Positions 24,040 through 36,136 of a stretch of 60,000 bases of DNA are shown here, piece after piece. This DNA comes from Camelus dromedarius (Eukaryota): contig NC_087447.1 of the NCBI RefSeq assembly GCF_036321535.1, positions 44,890,001 to 44,950,000 of the forward strand. The letters run 5' to 3'. The position numbers were made by a program, and so were the translations under genes. Positions within the stretch are counted from its first letter, which is position 1. Each line of letters starts with the position of its first letter. The notes under the pieces were generated by a model, which worked only from the letters and a program-made list of their open reading frames with translations, searched no databases and was not told where the DNA came from.

Positions 24040-25900
24040 ACCTGGTAAGTAAAATTATCTGTGATTCCTTGAGGCCAGGATCCAGTTATCCAAGTGTATG
24101 AAATCTATGTTCCTTAAGCTCGTCTGCTGTGATTCTAGCTGTTTCTCTCATTGGCTACTGTCTTATCTCCCTCACTACTAAACAAGGAACAGAGTGGCCA
24201 GGCACCCTAAGAAGGGTGACAGTAATGGCTGTAACAGCCCCAAATAGAAAAGAACCAGGGAATCATGGCAGGATGAGAGCAGGATCCCAGGAGGCATCTT
24301 ATCAGTAGAGTTGGAATTACAGGTGCTGCTCATGTGTCCCGCCTGACCAGCCTCTTCTAGGAGGGTGAAGTGTGTGCAAGATGTCAGAGAAGGAAATGGA
24401 GGTTTTTGATTTGATCAAGGACTTTAAATATCTCAGACTTTGCAAATACAGATTATACAATAAACACACAAACACAACTTTCTACTCGTTGTAGGGCTTT
24501 AAGAAACCAAGGATTCAGGGGTAGGGACAATTATGTATCAGCTCTGTCATGTATTTCCATTTGTGATCCAAAAGTTATCCCCAGTGTGATTCAGAGAAAT
24601 AAGAAGGATAGAAAAGATACTCACCTTTTCTGAAAAGGCTTCTCCTTTCCAATAACCTCAGTTCTAAATCACCAGAGTGACTGAAAATACTTGAAAAAGC
24701 AAGAGAATAGTACATCCTCAGTATTTGGTCTTGTTAGGTACACAAATGTATAACATGGATTAAGTAAAAACTTAGCTTCTGAGAGCGTAATCAATAGAAG
24801 AAATTGAACTTCTATGACACAGTATAATTGTAGCTCTAATAAAAATGATCTTACAAAACCACTGGGAAAGAGACAAAAGTACAGATGAATGAAGCAATGT
24901 GCTATGGTTGAAAAGTTAGCCTTAGATGGAAATGAATTCCAAGTCTGGCTCTTATACTCACTGTATGACACTGACAGCTATATAAACTCTATGACACTGA
25001 GTTTTCTCATTTATAAAATAGATAAATGATATTTAGCATCAGGTATTGTTGTGGGGAGGCTTGGCCTCTTAGCTGTGATATGGGTGGGGGTCTTTGAGCT
25101 TACAGAAGTTTGGGGCTCGCAAACCTTGTATGGCCACAGAATGACTCAGCCGCAGCTCAAGCGAAATAACAGCTGTCTTTCACTGTTGTACCAGGATCTA
25201 AGTGTCTTTGCAGGGTCAGCATCTACACTAGACCCCACTGAAAAAGTTTCATCTCCTTTCCCGACCCCTCCTGGACTCTCCTCCTATCCTCATGGTCCCT
25301 TTACTCACAATTTTCTTGGCCCCAACTTGAGACTTACCAGCTTCAGAAGTTTGCACTGCTGCTGTTTCTGGCTATTGAAAAAGGTACCTCAACTGGTCCC
25401 TCCAAAGGCTGTGGAGGCTGATTTTATGGACTCTGTCTCCACTATGCCCCTTCCGTCCCCATTGCTCATAGGAGTTTGTGCCCTTGTTGACACCTGGACC
25501 CTGAGGCCCTTTTGTCTATTTCTCAGGAGAGTATATTATAAAAGGCTTAATTCAGCATTGTGAATAGAGTGAGGGCAAGAGAGATCAAGACTCTTGGAGA
25601 GTCTAAATAAAGAAAAAGAACCCCCAAAAAAGAAGGTTAAAGAAACTGAGTCTTCTTAGGAAAAATTTCTATGGCTATAGCTGAGGGGAAGGAACTGAAT
25701 AAAATATCCACAGTCTTATAAGTCTGTGGAGGGAGGTGGCAGAGGAACATCCCAAGCATCAAAGGAGCCTGGACCTCAAGAGTCCATGGACCATGGGCAA
25801 CTGTCAGGGCAGAAGGTACTTCCCTGTGATCCCATCTCATGCAATGGGACCCTAACTGGTCTAGACCCAAGAAAATCTCCGGGAGTGGCCCTGCTTTCAT
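24040..25900 (-). promoter_or_regulatory. Putative promoter and multi-exon 5' UTR of the OR56A4-like gene
   Basis: Minus-strand donors CTG|GTAAGT (25337) and AAG|GTGAGT (24624); pyrimidine tract plus AG at 24682-24681 defines a 56-nt mini-exon 24625-24680; O/E-like TCTCCGGGAG 25876-25885, CCTCAAGAG 25774-25782, TCCCAGGAG 24285-24293. Confidence 0.5.
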
Positions 25901-26827
25901 ATGTGATCTCATGTCCAGTTTTTCACTTTCTTGGATATTCTTTGTCTAAACTCTTTTTCCTAAGTTTAGTGGCAGAAAAATGCAGCTGTTAACAATACTC
26001 ACTTTCTACAGAGCAACACTTAGTACTGGTTCATTTGGAACCTGTTCAGCTACCACTCTGAATGGATGCCCAGTAGGACCTAGAGAATAGCCTCTGTTGT
26101 GAAGGTCTCAAGATGCTTCTTAGGGTAGGGACATTCAGGCTAAATGTAGGATCATTTAGGCTTTGGGCACAGGAATCACAGAGAGGAGAATGAGTGGAAT
26201 CTGGTTCTAGGTCTCACACTTCCTGCCTACAGTTTCTGCAGAAGGAGGCATCAGGGCAGACATGTAGATGCAACACAATCGCATTCCCTTCATGCACTAC
26301 CTCCTCTTTTGTACCTACCTCCACCTTGATACACAGAAGTGCTGGGAGAAGCAACAAGGACCTGGACAGTATCAAACTGAGTTGATTGACATGCCATTTA
26401 AGAAAGGTATTTCATGAGTGAGTCATTGTTCAATTAAAGTATGTTGCTGAGCAAATGCCATTTACTCTGGGCAAAACATCCTGGTCCTCAGTTTCTTATA
26501 AATGAATAATCCCTCTCCATTCTCAGATCATGAGGATGTCAGGAAGGGAAAACTGGAGGCTTAAGTTTGAACCCTTATTTCACTATTTCCTGGTTGCTTC
26601 TCCTTGGCCAACCTTCATAAGCTGTCAGAACCACAATTTCCTCACCTGAAATATGGGATTACTCAACCTTCCAACACAGACTTGTTAGTTACAGGGATAA
26701 ATTTACTTATATTCTTAGTGACAAGCATTTTGACCCTACTTTGTCCAAAAAACTATACCACATGTTAAAAATACAGTACATAAAAGTATGGTTTCTACCA
26801 TCTTAGAGAGATGACCAAAACTTAACA

Positions 26828-26933
26828 TATAATAATAATAATAATAATATATAATATATATAATAATATATATTATATATAGTAATATAATAATAATAAT
26901 AATAGTAGTAATAATAATAATAATAATAATAAT
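26828..26933. repeat. Compound (AAT)n/(AT)n microsatellite
   Basis: Directly visible. Confidence 0.95.
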
Positions 26934-27072
26934 CTTCAGAATTCTTAATGTGTTGTATTATTACAACTATTAACTGATATCTTATTTAATCCTCATAACA
27001 ACCTAATGAAATATGTATGATTATAGTCAACAACTGTAATTAACAATTCCTGATGAGGAATCAAAAACTACA

Positions 27073-27185
27073 TGTTATGGATTAAAATGTGTCCCCCCAA
27101 AGATATGTTAAGTCCTAACCCCCATTTACCTGTGAATGTGACCTTATCTAGAAATAGGATCTCTGTAGATGTATTCAAGTTAAGA
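27073..27185 (+). mobile_element. MaLR (MLT1-type) LTR 5' fragment
   Basis: tgttatggattaaaatgtgtccccccaaagatatgttaagtcctaacccc, gaatgtgaccttatctagaaatagg. Confidence 0.8.
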
Positions 27186-28810
27186 GCTACCAGTTAACAC
27201 AAAGACTGATGAACTTCAGTTCCACCTTGTTCTGGGAGTACATCCCAAGTTTCCAGTTTAGAATGTGTGTGTGGGAGGACAGTTATCAGACTCTGTTTTT
27301 AATGGGCCCCAGCCTTTGAATTCTGTCTTCTTCATGCCAGGGAATTGCCAAATTTTTGCTCCATTTCATACTGATTCTTCAGGATTGGCAAATGTCCTCA
27401 GAGGAGAAGTAACTTTCAATCCTAGATTTATTGCTCAGTTTTTAACCTTCTACTAGATTTTTAACCTTTCTTTCCTAACTCTTCAGTGCTTTTAAAAATG
27501 TTTCTATTTTATTAATTTAAGCAGTCTTTTAAAAGTGACAATTTAGCTGGATAAAAATTTGAATATTGACAAAATTTTATACACATATTAATTGAATAAT
27601 ATATAATATATATGTTATGTAGAATGTGTATGTTTTCTAAACAACATATAATATATAATTATATATACATGCATACTCATATATATAATGTTATATATAT
27701 ACATATATGTATTCCCACAGATTTCAGGTATCTATTATTGCTTTTGAGAAGTATACTGTCAGTCAAATTGCTGTTCCTTTGTAGGTAATGTATCATCTCT
27801 CTGGCTCTATTTAGAGCTTTTTGTCTTTAAGGTTTTAGTAAATGAGAATAATTTTTAAAAAGTATCTTGTATATAGTTAGTTAAACTTCTTGAATCTTAA
27901 GATAATTCAGCCATTATCCCTTTGAATATTCCCCCACCATTCATTTTCTGTATTCTATTATGTCAATCCAGTTTGGTGTATATTGGGTCTTCTTATTCAA
28001 CTCTTTTTATCTTTTCACCTCTATTTCACATTCCATTCTCTTTCAGATAGCACTGCTTTCAGATTAAGCTTTTCAATTTTAGCTGCATTTTACTAATTCT
28101 CAACTCAGCTCTATCAATCTTTTGTAATCTGTTATTCTTTCTTTTATACCAGTGACTTATACTTCTTAGATTTTTCAGAAGGTATAGTTGTTATTTTTTC
28201 AAATATACCTGGTTTTCTTGGGTTAATGATCCTTCCTCATATTTTTTGACTCCATCTTTTGTTTCTCTAACCATTTTAAACATAACTTTTTCAAAGTTCT
28301 TATTTTAATTATGCTGATTCTTGCATATGTTTTGTAATTTTGGATTGTGAGCTCAGGATCAACAGATCTGTTTTTGTGGGATCGCTTAAGATCATGCTGA
28401 GAACAATTTACACATTAATTTCTCCACTTGGGTTTTCTCATGCCACACTGTGTAAATTCTAAATCAAACCTAATTGAGGGAAACTTGACTTATTCTCTCT
28501 AAAGCAAGTTCAGGACAAAATGTGTCTGTATTCTAGTGTTTTTATGTGTATGTGTGATTCTTATCTGCCCCTTCACTTAGGTTAAGACCCTTCAAAATCT
28601 CTGACACTTTGGGCACATGTGTGTCTTAATTCTATCTCCTACCCTTGTGGGTATCAAAATTTTGTGTTCTCTTTATATGATGATATAAAATGAAAACCCT
28701 TTTTTTTTTTGTAGAAACTCATGAATATTCCCATTACAGCCATAGATTTGATGACCTTATTTTCATCTCGCATTCTTTTTAATGACTAGCAAATTTCCTT
28801 ATTTTATTTT

Positions 28811-31732
28811 ATTTTTTAAACATTTTTATTGATTTATAATCATTGTACAATGTTGTGTCAAATTCCAGTGTCGAGCACAATTTTTTAGTTATACGTGAAC
28901 GTATATATATTCATTGTCACATTTTTTTTCTCTGTGAGCTACCATAAGATCTTGTATATATTTCCCTGTGCTATACAGTATCATTTTGTTTATCTATTCT
29001 ACAATTTTGAAATCCCAGTCTATCTCTTCCCACCCCCCTGCCCCCTTGGCAACCACAAGTTTGTATTCTGTGTCTGAGTATATTTCTGTTTTGTATTTAT
29101 GCTTTGTTTGTGTTTTTTTTTTTTCAGATTCCATATATGAGTGATCTCATATGGTATTTTTCTTTCTCCTTCTGGCTTACTTCACTTAGAATGAGATTCT
29201 CCAGGAACATCCATGTTGCTGCACATGGCGTTATGTTGTCGGTTTTTATGGCCGAGTAGTATTCCATTGTATAAATATACCACTTCTTCTTTATCCAGTC
29301 ATCTGTTGATGGACATTTAGGCTGTTTCCATGTCTTAGCTATTGTAAATAATGCTGCTATGAACATTGGGGTGCAGGTGTCATCCTGAAGTAGGGTTCCT
29401 TCAGGGTATATGCCCAGGAGTGGGATTACTGGGTCATATGCTAAGTCTATTCCTAGTCTTTTGAGGAATCTCCATACTGTTTTCCACAGTGGCTGCACCA
29501 AACTGCATTCCCACCAGCAGTGTAGGAGGGTTCCCCTTTCTCCACAGCCTCTCCAGCGTTTGTCATTTGTGGATTTTTGAATGATGATACCTCATTGTAG
29601 TTTTGATTTGCATTTCTCTGATATTAGTGATATTGAGCATGTTTTCATGTGCCTGTTGATCATTTTTATGTCTTCCTTGGAGAATTGCTTGTTTAGGTCT
29701 TCTGCCCATTTTTGGATTGGGTTGTTTATTTTTTTCTTATTGAGTCGTATGAGCTGCTTATATGTTCTGGAGATCAAGCCTTTGTCGGTTTCTTTTGCAA
29801 AAATTTTTTCCCATTCCATAGGTTGTCTTTTTGTTTTACGTATGGTTTCCTTTGCTGTGCAGAAGCTTGTAAGTTTCATTAGGTCCCATTTGTTTATTCT
29901 TGCTTTTATTTCTTGTAGGAGAAAATTTTTGAGATGTATGTCAGATAATGTTTTGCCTATATTTTCCTCTAGGAGGTTTATTGTATCTTGTCTTATGTTT
30001 AAGTTTTTGATCCATCTTGAGTTGATTTTTGTGTATGGTGTAAGGCAGTGTTCTAGCTTCATTGTTTTACAGGCTGCTGTCCAGTTTTCCCAACACCATT
30101 TGCTGAAGAGACTGTCTTTATTCCATTGTATATTCTTGCCTCCTTTGTCGAAGAGTAGTTGACCAAAAGTTTGAGGGTTCATTTCTGGGCTCTCTGTTCT
30201 GTTCCATTGGTCTTTTTGTCTGTTTTTGTACCAATACCATGCTGTCTTGATGACTGTAGCTCTGTAGTATTGTCTGAAGTCTGGGAGAGTTATTCCTCCA
30301 GCCTTTCTTTCTCTTCAGTAATGCTTTGGCAATTCTAGGTCTTTTGTGGTTCCATGTAAATTTTATTATGATTTGTTCTAGTTCTGTGAAATATGTCCTG
30401 GATAATTTGATAGAGATTGCATTAAATCTGTATATTGCCTTGGGCAGTGTGACCATTTTAACAATATTGATTCTTCCAATCCAAGAGCATGGGATATCTT
30501 TCCATTTTTTAAAGTCTTCTTTAATTTCCTTCATCAATGGTTTATAGTTTTCTGTGTATAATTCTTTCACCTCCTTGGTTAGATTTATTCCTAGGTATTT
30601 TATTACTTTGGGTGCTATTTTAAAGGGGATTGTTTCTTTACTTCTTCTGTTGATTCATCGTTAGTGTAAAGAAATGCAACTGATTTTTGAATGTTAATCT
30701 TGTAACCTGCTACCTTGCTGAATTCTTTGATTAGCTCTAGTAGGTTTTGTGTGGACCTTTTAGGGTTTTCTATATATAGTAACATGTCATCAACATATAG
30801 TGACACTTTCACCTCTTCTTTTCCAATTTGGATCCATTTTATTTCTCTCTCTTGTCTAATTGCTGTGGCTAGGACTTCCAAGTCTATGTTGAATAGGAGT
30901 GGTGATAGTGGGCATCCTTGTCTTGTCCCAGATTTTAGTGGGAAGCTTTTGAGTTTTTCACCATTGAGTACTATACTGGCTGTAGGTTTGTCATATATAG
31001 CTTTTATTATGTTGAGATATGTCCCCTCTATACCCACTTTGGTGAGAGTTTTTATCATAAATGGGTGTTGAATTTTATCAAATGCTTTTTCTGCTTCAAT
31101 TGAGATGATCATGTAATTTTTGTCCTTTCTCTTGTTGATGTGATGTATTACATTGATTTGCATATGTTGAACCACCCTTGTGTCCCTGGGATGAACCCCA
31201 CTTGGTCATGATGTATAATCTCTTTTATGTGTTGTTGGATTCTATTTGCTAATATTTTGATGAGGATTTTGGTGTCTATGTTCATCAGTGATATTGGCCT
31301 ATAATTCTCTTTTTTGGTAGTGTCTTTGCCTGGTTTTGGTATCAGGGTGATGGTGGCTTCATAGAATGAGTTTGGGAATATTCCCTCCTTTTCAATCTTC
31401 TGGAAGGGTTTGAGAAGGACTGGTATGAGTTCTTCTTTGTATGTTTGGTAGAATTCCCTGGTGAAGCCGTCCAGTCCTGGACTTTTATTTTGTAAGGAGG
31501 TTTTTTATTGCTATTTCAATTTCATTTCTAGTGATTGGTTTGTTCAAGTGGTCAGTTTCTTCTTGATTCAGTCTTGGTGGACAGTATGTTTCCAGAAACT
31601 TGTCCGTCTCCTCTAGGTTATCCAGTTTGGTTCTATATAGTTTTTCATAATATTGTCGTATGATATTCTGTATTTCTACTTTATTTGTTGTAATTTCTCC
31701 AGTATCCTTTCTTATTTTGCTAATTTGTGCTC
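28811..31732 (-). mobile_element. Relatively young 5'-truncated LINE-1 (camelid-type), ~2.9 kb, ORF2 RT to C-terminus plus 3' UTR, frameshifted
   Basis: ORF2 pieces in ORFs 30615-31175 ([21 protein letters not shown]), 30118-30570, 29592-30182, 29124-29501; 15-bp TSD TCCTTA(T/C)TTTATTTT at 28796-28810 and 31733-31747; TT/AAAA endonuclease site. Confidence 0.95.
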
Positions 31733-33839
31733 TCCTTACTTTATTTTAAACATGCATTTCAGAGGAGGTTTATTATGTTTTACTTTGTTATATAGCAGCA
31801 AGAGGATTTTTCAGGTTATGTGGACTACTATGAAGTGGAAGTTGGAAATGTTCTTTACGAGGAGATCAGGACTCATTTATTCACTTAGTGGTATGGAATA
31901 AACTTTCAATATGGAACATGAGAAAATGATAGCAAATAACAAATGTTTGTACTCTAAAATGTTGTTAGCTCTGTTCATGTAACTATTTTCTCTCCTTCTA
32001 GATCCAGCTAGGCAAATAAGCTGGTTACCTGAGTTCAAAACACATACTGAGATTACCCAAAGTAACTGATTGATCTTGAAAATATGTGATAATGGTGACT
32101 CACTGTGGAGGAAGAGATTATGAAAAGACCAAGATAGTCCTGGGGTCACAGTCTAGAACAGAAAATTTTACCTGAGTCTCTTACAAAAAGAACAGAATGA
32201 AGGAGAGGATAAAGGAGAACATGTGTGGGGTAGAGAAAAAAGAAGCTAAGAAAAAACAAAAAGAAGAGAAGAAAAAGGCAGAGAGGGAAGGAAAGAGAAA
32301 AGCAGCCTATAAGGAAGAAGAAAGAAAAAAGACATTGAGTGGTTAGTTAATGTTTTTATGTACATATATAATTGAATAATTGAAAATCAGTGACATAATT
32401 GCTCTTATCAGTGGCTGAGACAATGAAACCGAAATATGGATGGTTTAAATTAATCACTCAATGCATACAGCTGACAGTAACCTAGCCAGGATACTAAATG
32501 TGACATCCAAACTTAAAATCCAAGTCTCTTTACACTAAAAGTGTCAAAAGGCTCTTTCTCAAAAGCATAAGACACACTGACTAATCCATCATTCTGTGAA
32601 GACTAGGAAGAAGAAGACTTGGTGATCATTGTAACATGTTTATTATTTGGTGAACTATGCAATCCATCTGGCTATAACAAAAGACTTTTGGTGCAAAAAG
32701 AAAGTGAAGTGATAATACTAAGAAAGGTAGTATTTACCCCACAACAAGAAAAAAAATATCTCAGAGATATCTTCTAGCTGATATTAATTGGCTGGATAAA
32801 TGTAGTGCACAGAGATCCTTGGACTTCTCTTAAGTCAGTAGCATCCCTGGGAAGTCACAGAGACGGCTCTCATGTCAGCTGTGAGGAGGCAAAACACATG
32901 GACCTATAAATATCCCTCTTTTGGCTCAGTCTACAGACAAATCAATATTTACTTTTACAGGAGTAAGCATAGGTCTAAAGAAACTCTCAGCCTCTTTCTC
33001 AAACAGGACACCGTTCTTAATTCTGTTATAGACAGCCAAGTAAAGGCAATAAATTCAGTGACTTTGTTGAGGAAATTCACCAAGGTCTGTTCTTTCCTAG
33101 AATATTGTCTCTTCTAGTCCCCCTTCCCAACTATGTCCCATTCGACAGTGTCTCCTGACAGACAAATACTATGTATTTTCTGCTCAAAGGCTGAGCAGAA
33201 AATCAGTGATTGAACTGCATACTGGACTCCTGCTGTCATTGTAGCAGAATGGCAAGGCAGGTTACAGGAATATGTTTGGACAGTCCTGGCCTCAGGACTG
33301 GATCTGGGGAGGGATTCAAATCCCTGCAGCCCATTCCCTGAACTATTCCTGAGATGAGCTTCCAATACTCCACCCAGTGCCTTCCCTTCCTTCCTACCAT
33401 AGATGATGTGGAAAACATGGAAGGGACTTAAAGTGTCCCTTTGCTTCTCTCTCTTAGGAGTCTAAAATAAAACATGATGAATTACTTAATAAAGCATCTG
33501 GAGGAGGCAAACAAGAAGTAGATCAGGCTCTAGGGTAGACAGTGTCTCAGGGAGACCAGTAGAGCCACAGACATCTCCAGAGGTTCTCCTACCTCTTCTC
33601 ACCCTTCCCACTGCCCACATTGGATTTCAGCTTGACATTAAATGTATATAAATGACAGAAACAAGAGTAAGTTTTCCAAACGAGTTCTTTTTCCTCCTAA
33701 ACACAAATAAATTTACATTTTCCAGGTATACCTGCAGTTGGGTGGGGCTAAAAGACTAAATCTGGCCTAGGAAATGGCATGCTTTTTACAACCTCCTTGA
33801 TGTCCTCTATACTCTGTCTTTTCCTCCTTCTCTGGATAG

Positions 33840-35500
33840 TTGAAGATAATCCACCTAAAGACATGAAACTATAGGAAATGGTAGAACCACACAATGGAGG
33901 AGGCTAGGACCCTGAATGACTGCATGGAGGAGAATGTCCCCTTCCACGTGCAGCGGGCTGGATGTCATCAAACAATAAAATGATATTGTGTTAAACCACT
34001 GACAAATTGGAATTGTTTGTTTTGACAGCTGGCTGGTTATCCTAACACTGCAGACAATGCAAAAATTGACATCTAATGCTAGAAAGATCATATAACAAGA
34101 AAAGTTGACATATCTACTAAATGTGATAACTCTTAGGGAAAAGGTTGGAAGAATTAAAAAATAATAGTGTGTGTTTGTAATTGTTGATTTTGTTTGACAA
34201 GTTATTCTTAGTAATAGATAAGTTTATCAGAAAATTATCTGGTTTTCAAGCAGAAGTTAATGATCATAGAGAAAGCCCATAAAGTATTGAAGAATTTTCC
34301 TACTACTTGGGAAGTTAAAGGTTGAGAGAAATATTTAGAATGCCTTTGAACAGCAAAAACTCCTAGTAACCAGTTCTAAGAAGAGACTACATTATGTGTA
34401 TAGCTGTCCTACTCAAGTCTGATAGTGTTACACAGACATCATTATGTAGAAAGGGAGTGGCATGGGGAGAGGGGAAAGACGTAAAAAAAAGAATCTTAAA
34501 TTATACCTAAGAAAATCTTTGTTAAGTTTTTGAGGGGATTCATTGCCAAAGAAACATGAGCTAGGCTTTTAAAAAAGCTTTTGATTAAAATCTAAAACAA
34601 TTATTGTGTTTAATATTTTACAGACATGAAGCAGTCTGAAAATGCAGTATCTGCAAAAGAAGTCACAATGCCTGTGTCATGTAAGGCAATAGGGGACATT
34701 GAAGAAGGCACAATCCCACAGAGGCAGAACAAGGGGACATAGATAACAGAGTCAGAAGAGATTCTCCCAGAGAACAGAATCACTATCTAGTCAGGGAACT
34801 TACCTGATTGTCAAGAGATAAAAATATTGCAATGCCCATCCCCAAAGTATTCCTGCACTACCACTGAGATGTTCCTGCTAAATATACTTCATGGTAAACT
34901 TCAATTGGGAATCTTTATGGCTGGCACCCAGTTTCTGCTCCACCATTAAATGTGTGGTGGGAGGAGGAAGATGACTGGTCCAAGAGGAACCACATCAGGA
35001 CCTGATGGAGATGATTACACACTCCTGGAGATCTGGGACTCTGTGCTGCATACAGTGCCCAGATGAGACTGCGAGTGGCCTCAGTTGGGAAGAGGTTAAT
35101 TATGTGTTACGTAAGAGAGTCTCTCTTATATCATTTCTCTCAAGAAATAAATATTTAGTCACCTGGTCTCTACAGCTAGATTTATGTGATGACTCTGACC
35201 AACGGAATGATAGAGAAAATGATGTAAATCTTTCCCAGATTGGCTTCTAAAACATCCTGCAAAATCTTGCACATGCTCTCCCACCTCTTGCGTGGCTGAT
35301 TCAGAAGCACCAGTGGCAGTCACTAAGGGACTAGAACATGAAGGATCCAATTAATGAAAGAAGCATGGGTCCCTAAATGTCGACATGAAACAAAGCCTGC
35401 ATGAATTGGAAAGGTATGTGGATGAGAAGTAAACTTTTATTGCATTAAGTTACTGTGATATCTGTGTTGGAGAAACTAACTTTAGTTGCGTTGACTAATT
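33840..35500 (+). mobile_element. Degenerate MaLR element (MLT1-like LTR, internal region, second LTR)
   Basis: Two similar MLT1-type 3' ends (ggaccctgaatgactgcatggag...gtgttaaaccactga ~33908-34060; gggtccctaaatg...aaacttttattgcattaagttactg ~35367-35500) flanking an A-rich interior. Confidence 0.5.
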
Positions 35501-36136
35501 CAATGTGTGTTGGCTTGTGTGGTACACTGCCTTTGCCCTCTACAGTCTGGAGCATGAAAAACTTCAGAAAGCTGTAAAACTGTTCAGTTGAAGTCTAACA
35601 GTGCAGCTCACTCCTTGGAAATGTAATAGGAGAAGTAGATTTATATAGAAAATATGCCTGACTTCTCTCTCTTCACTCTTGTCCCTGTTAGTTGAATGAC
35701 CATTAGTATTTTGTCTTCTTACTCAGTTGTTTAATCTTTAAAATTGGAAATAATGATAATTCATGGGCTATTTTGACCATAATATCTTTTAAAGCAGTTT
35801 ACTTCTTGGTAGTTATCAATGCTAAACACTATTGTGCTACTCACACATAAAGCACTCAATAACTAATTTTTGGTTGAATAGATGAAGAAATGAATAAATG
35901 TTACTATTACATATAGTATTTAGCTGAATATTGCTAATGTAACGCCTTATGAAATACTGAGATATATTCTATCCTTATTAATCATATCATTGATTTGATA
36001 TTGACTCTTTAATGTCAATGAAGAATAGAAAATCAGTGTAAACTGTTTTATACCTTTTATTTTTTAAATTAATCATTCAAATCCTCACATGCTTTATGAG
36101 TAGGAAGTACAGTATTTTCTTCTTTAAGTTACTCAC

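Noticed and set aside
25051..25563. 170-aa plus-strand ORF
   Set aside because: GTG start, no recognisable domain, and it overlaps the predicted minus-strand OR 5' UTR; likely a chance ORF.
28775..28785. CTTTTTAATGA, 11/13 match to the H/P-element core AACTTTTTAATGA (similar TTTTTAATGA at ~8585)
   Set aside because: Single copies in AT-rich or old L1 context without neighbouring O/E clusters; expected by chance.
29581..31071. Plus-strand ORFs 29581-30162 and 30715-31071
   Set aside because: Antisense readings of L1 ORF2.
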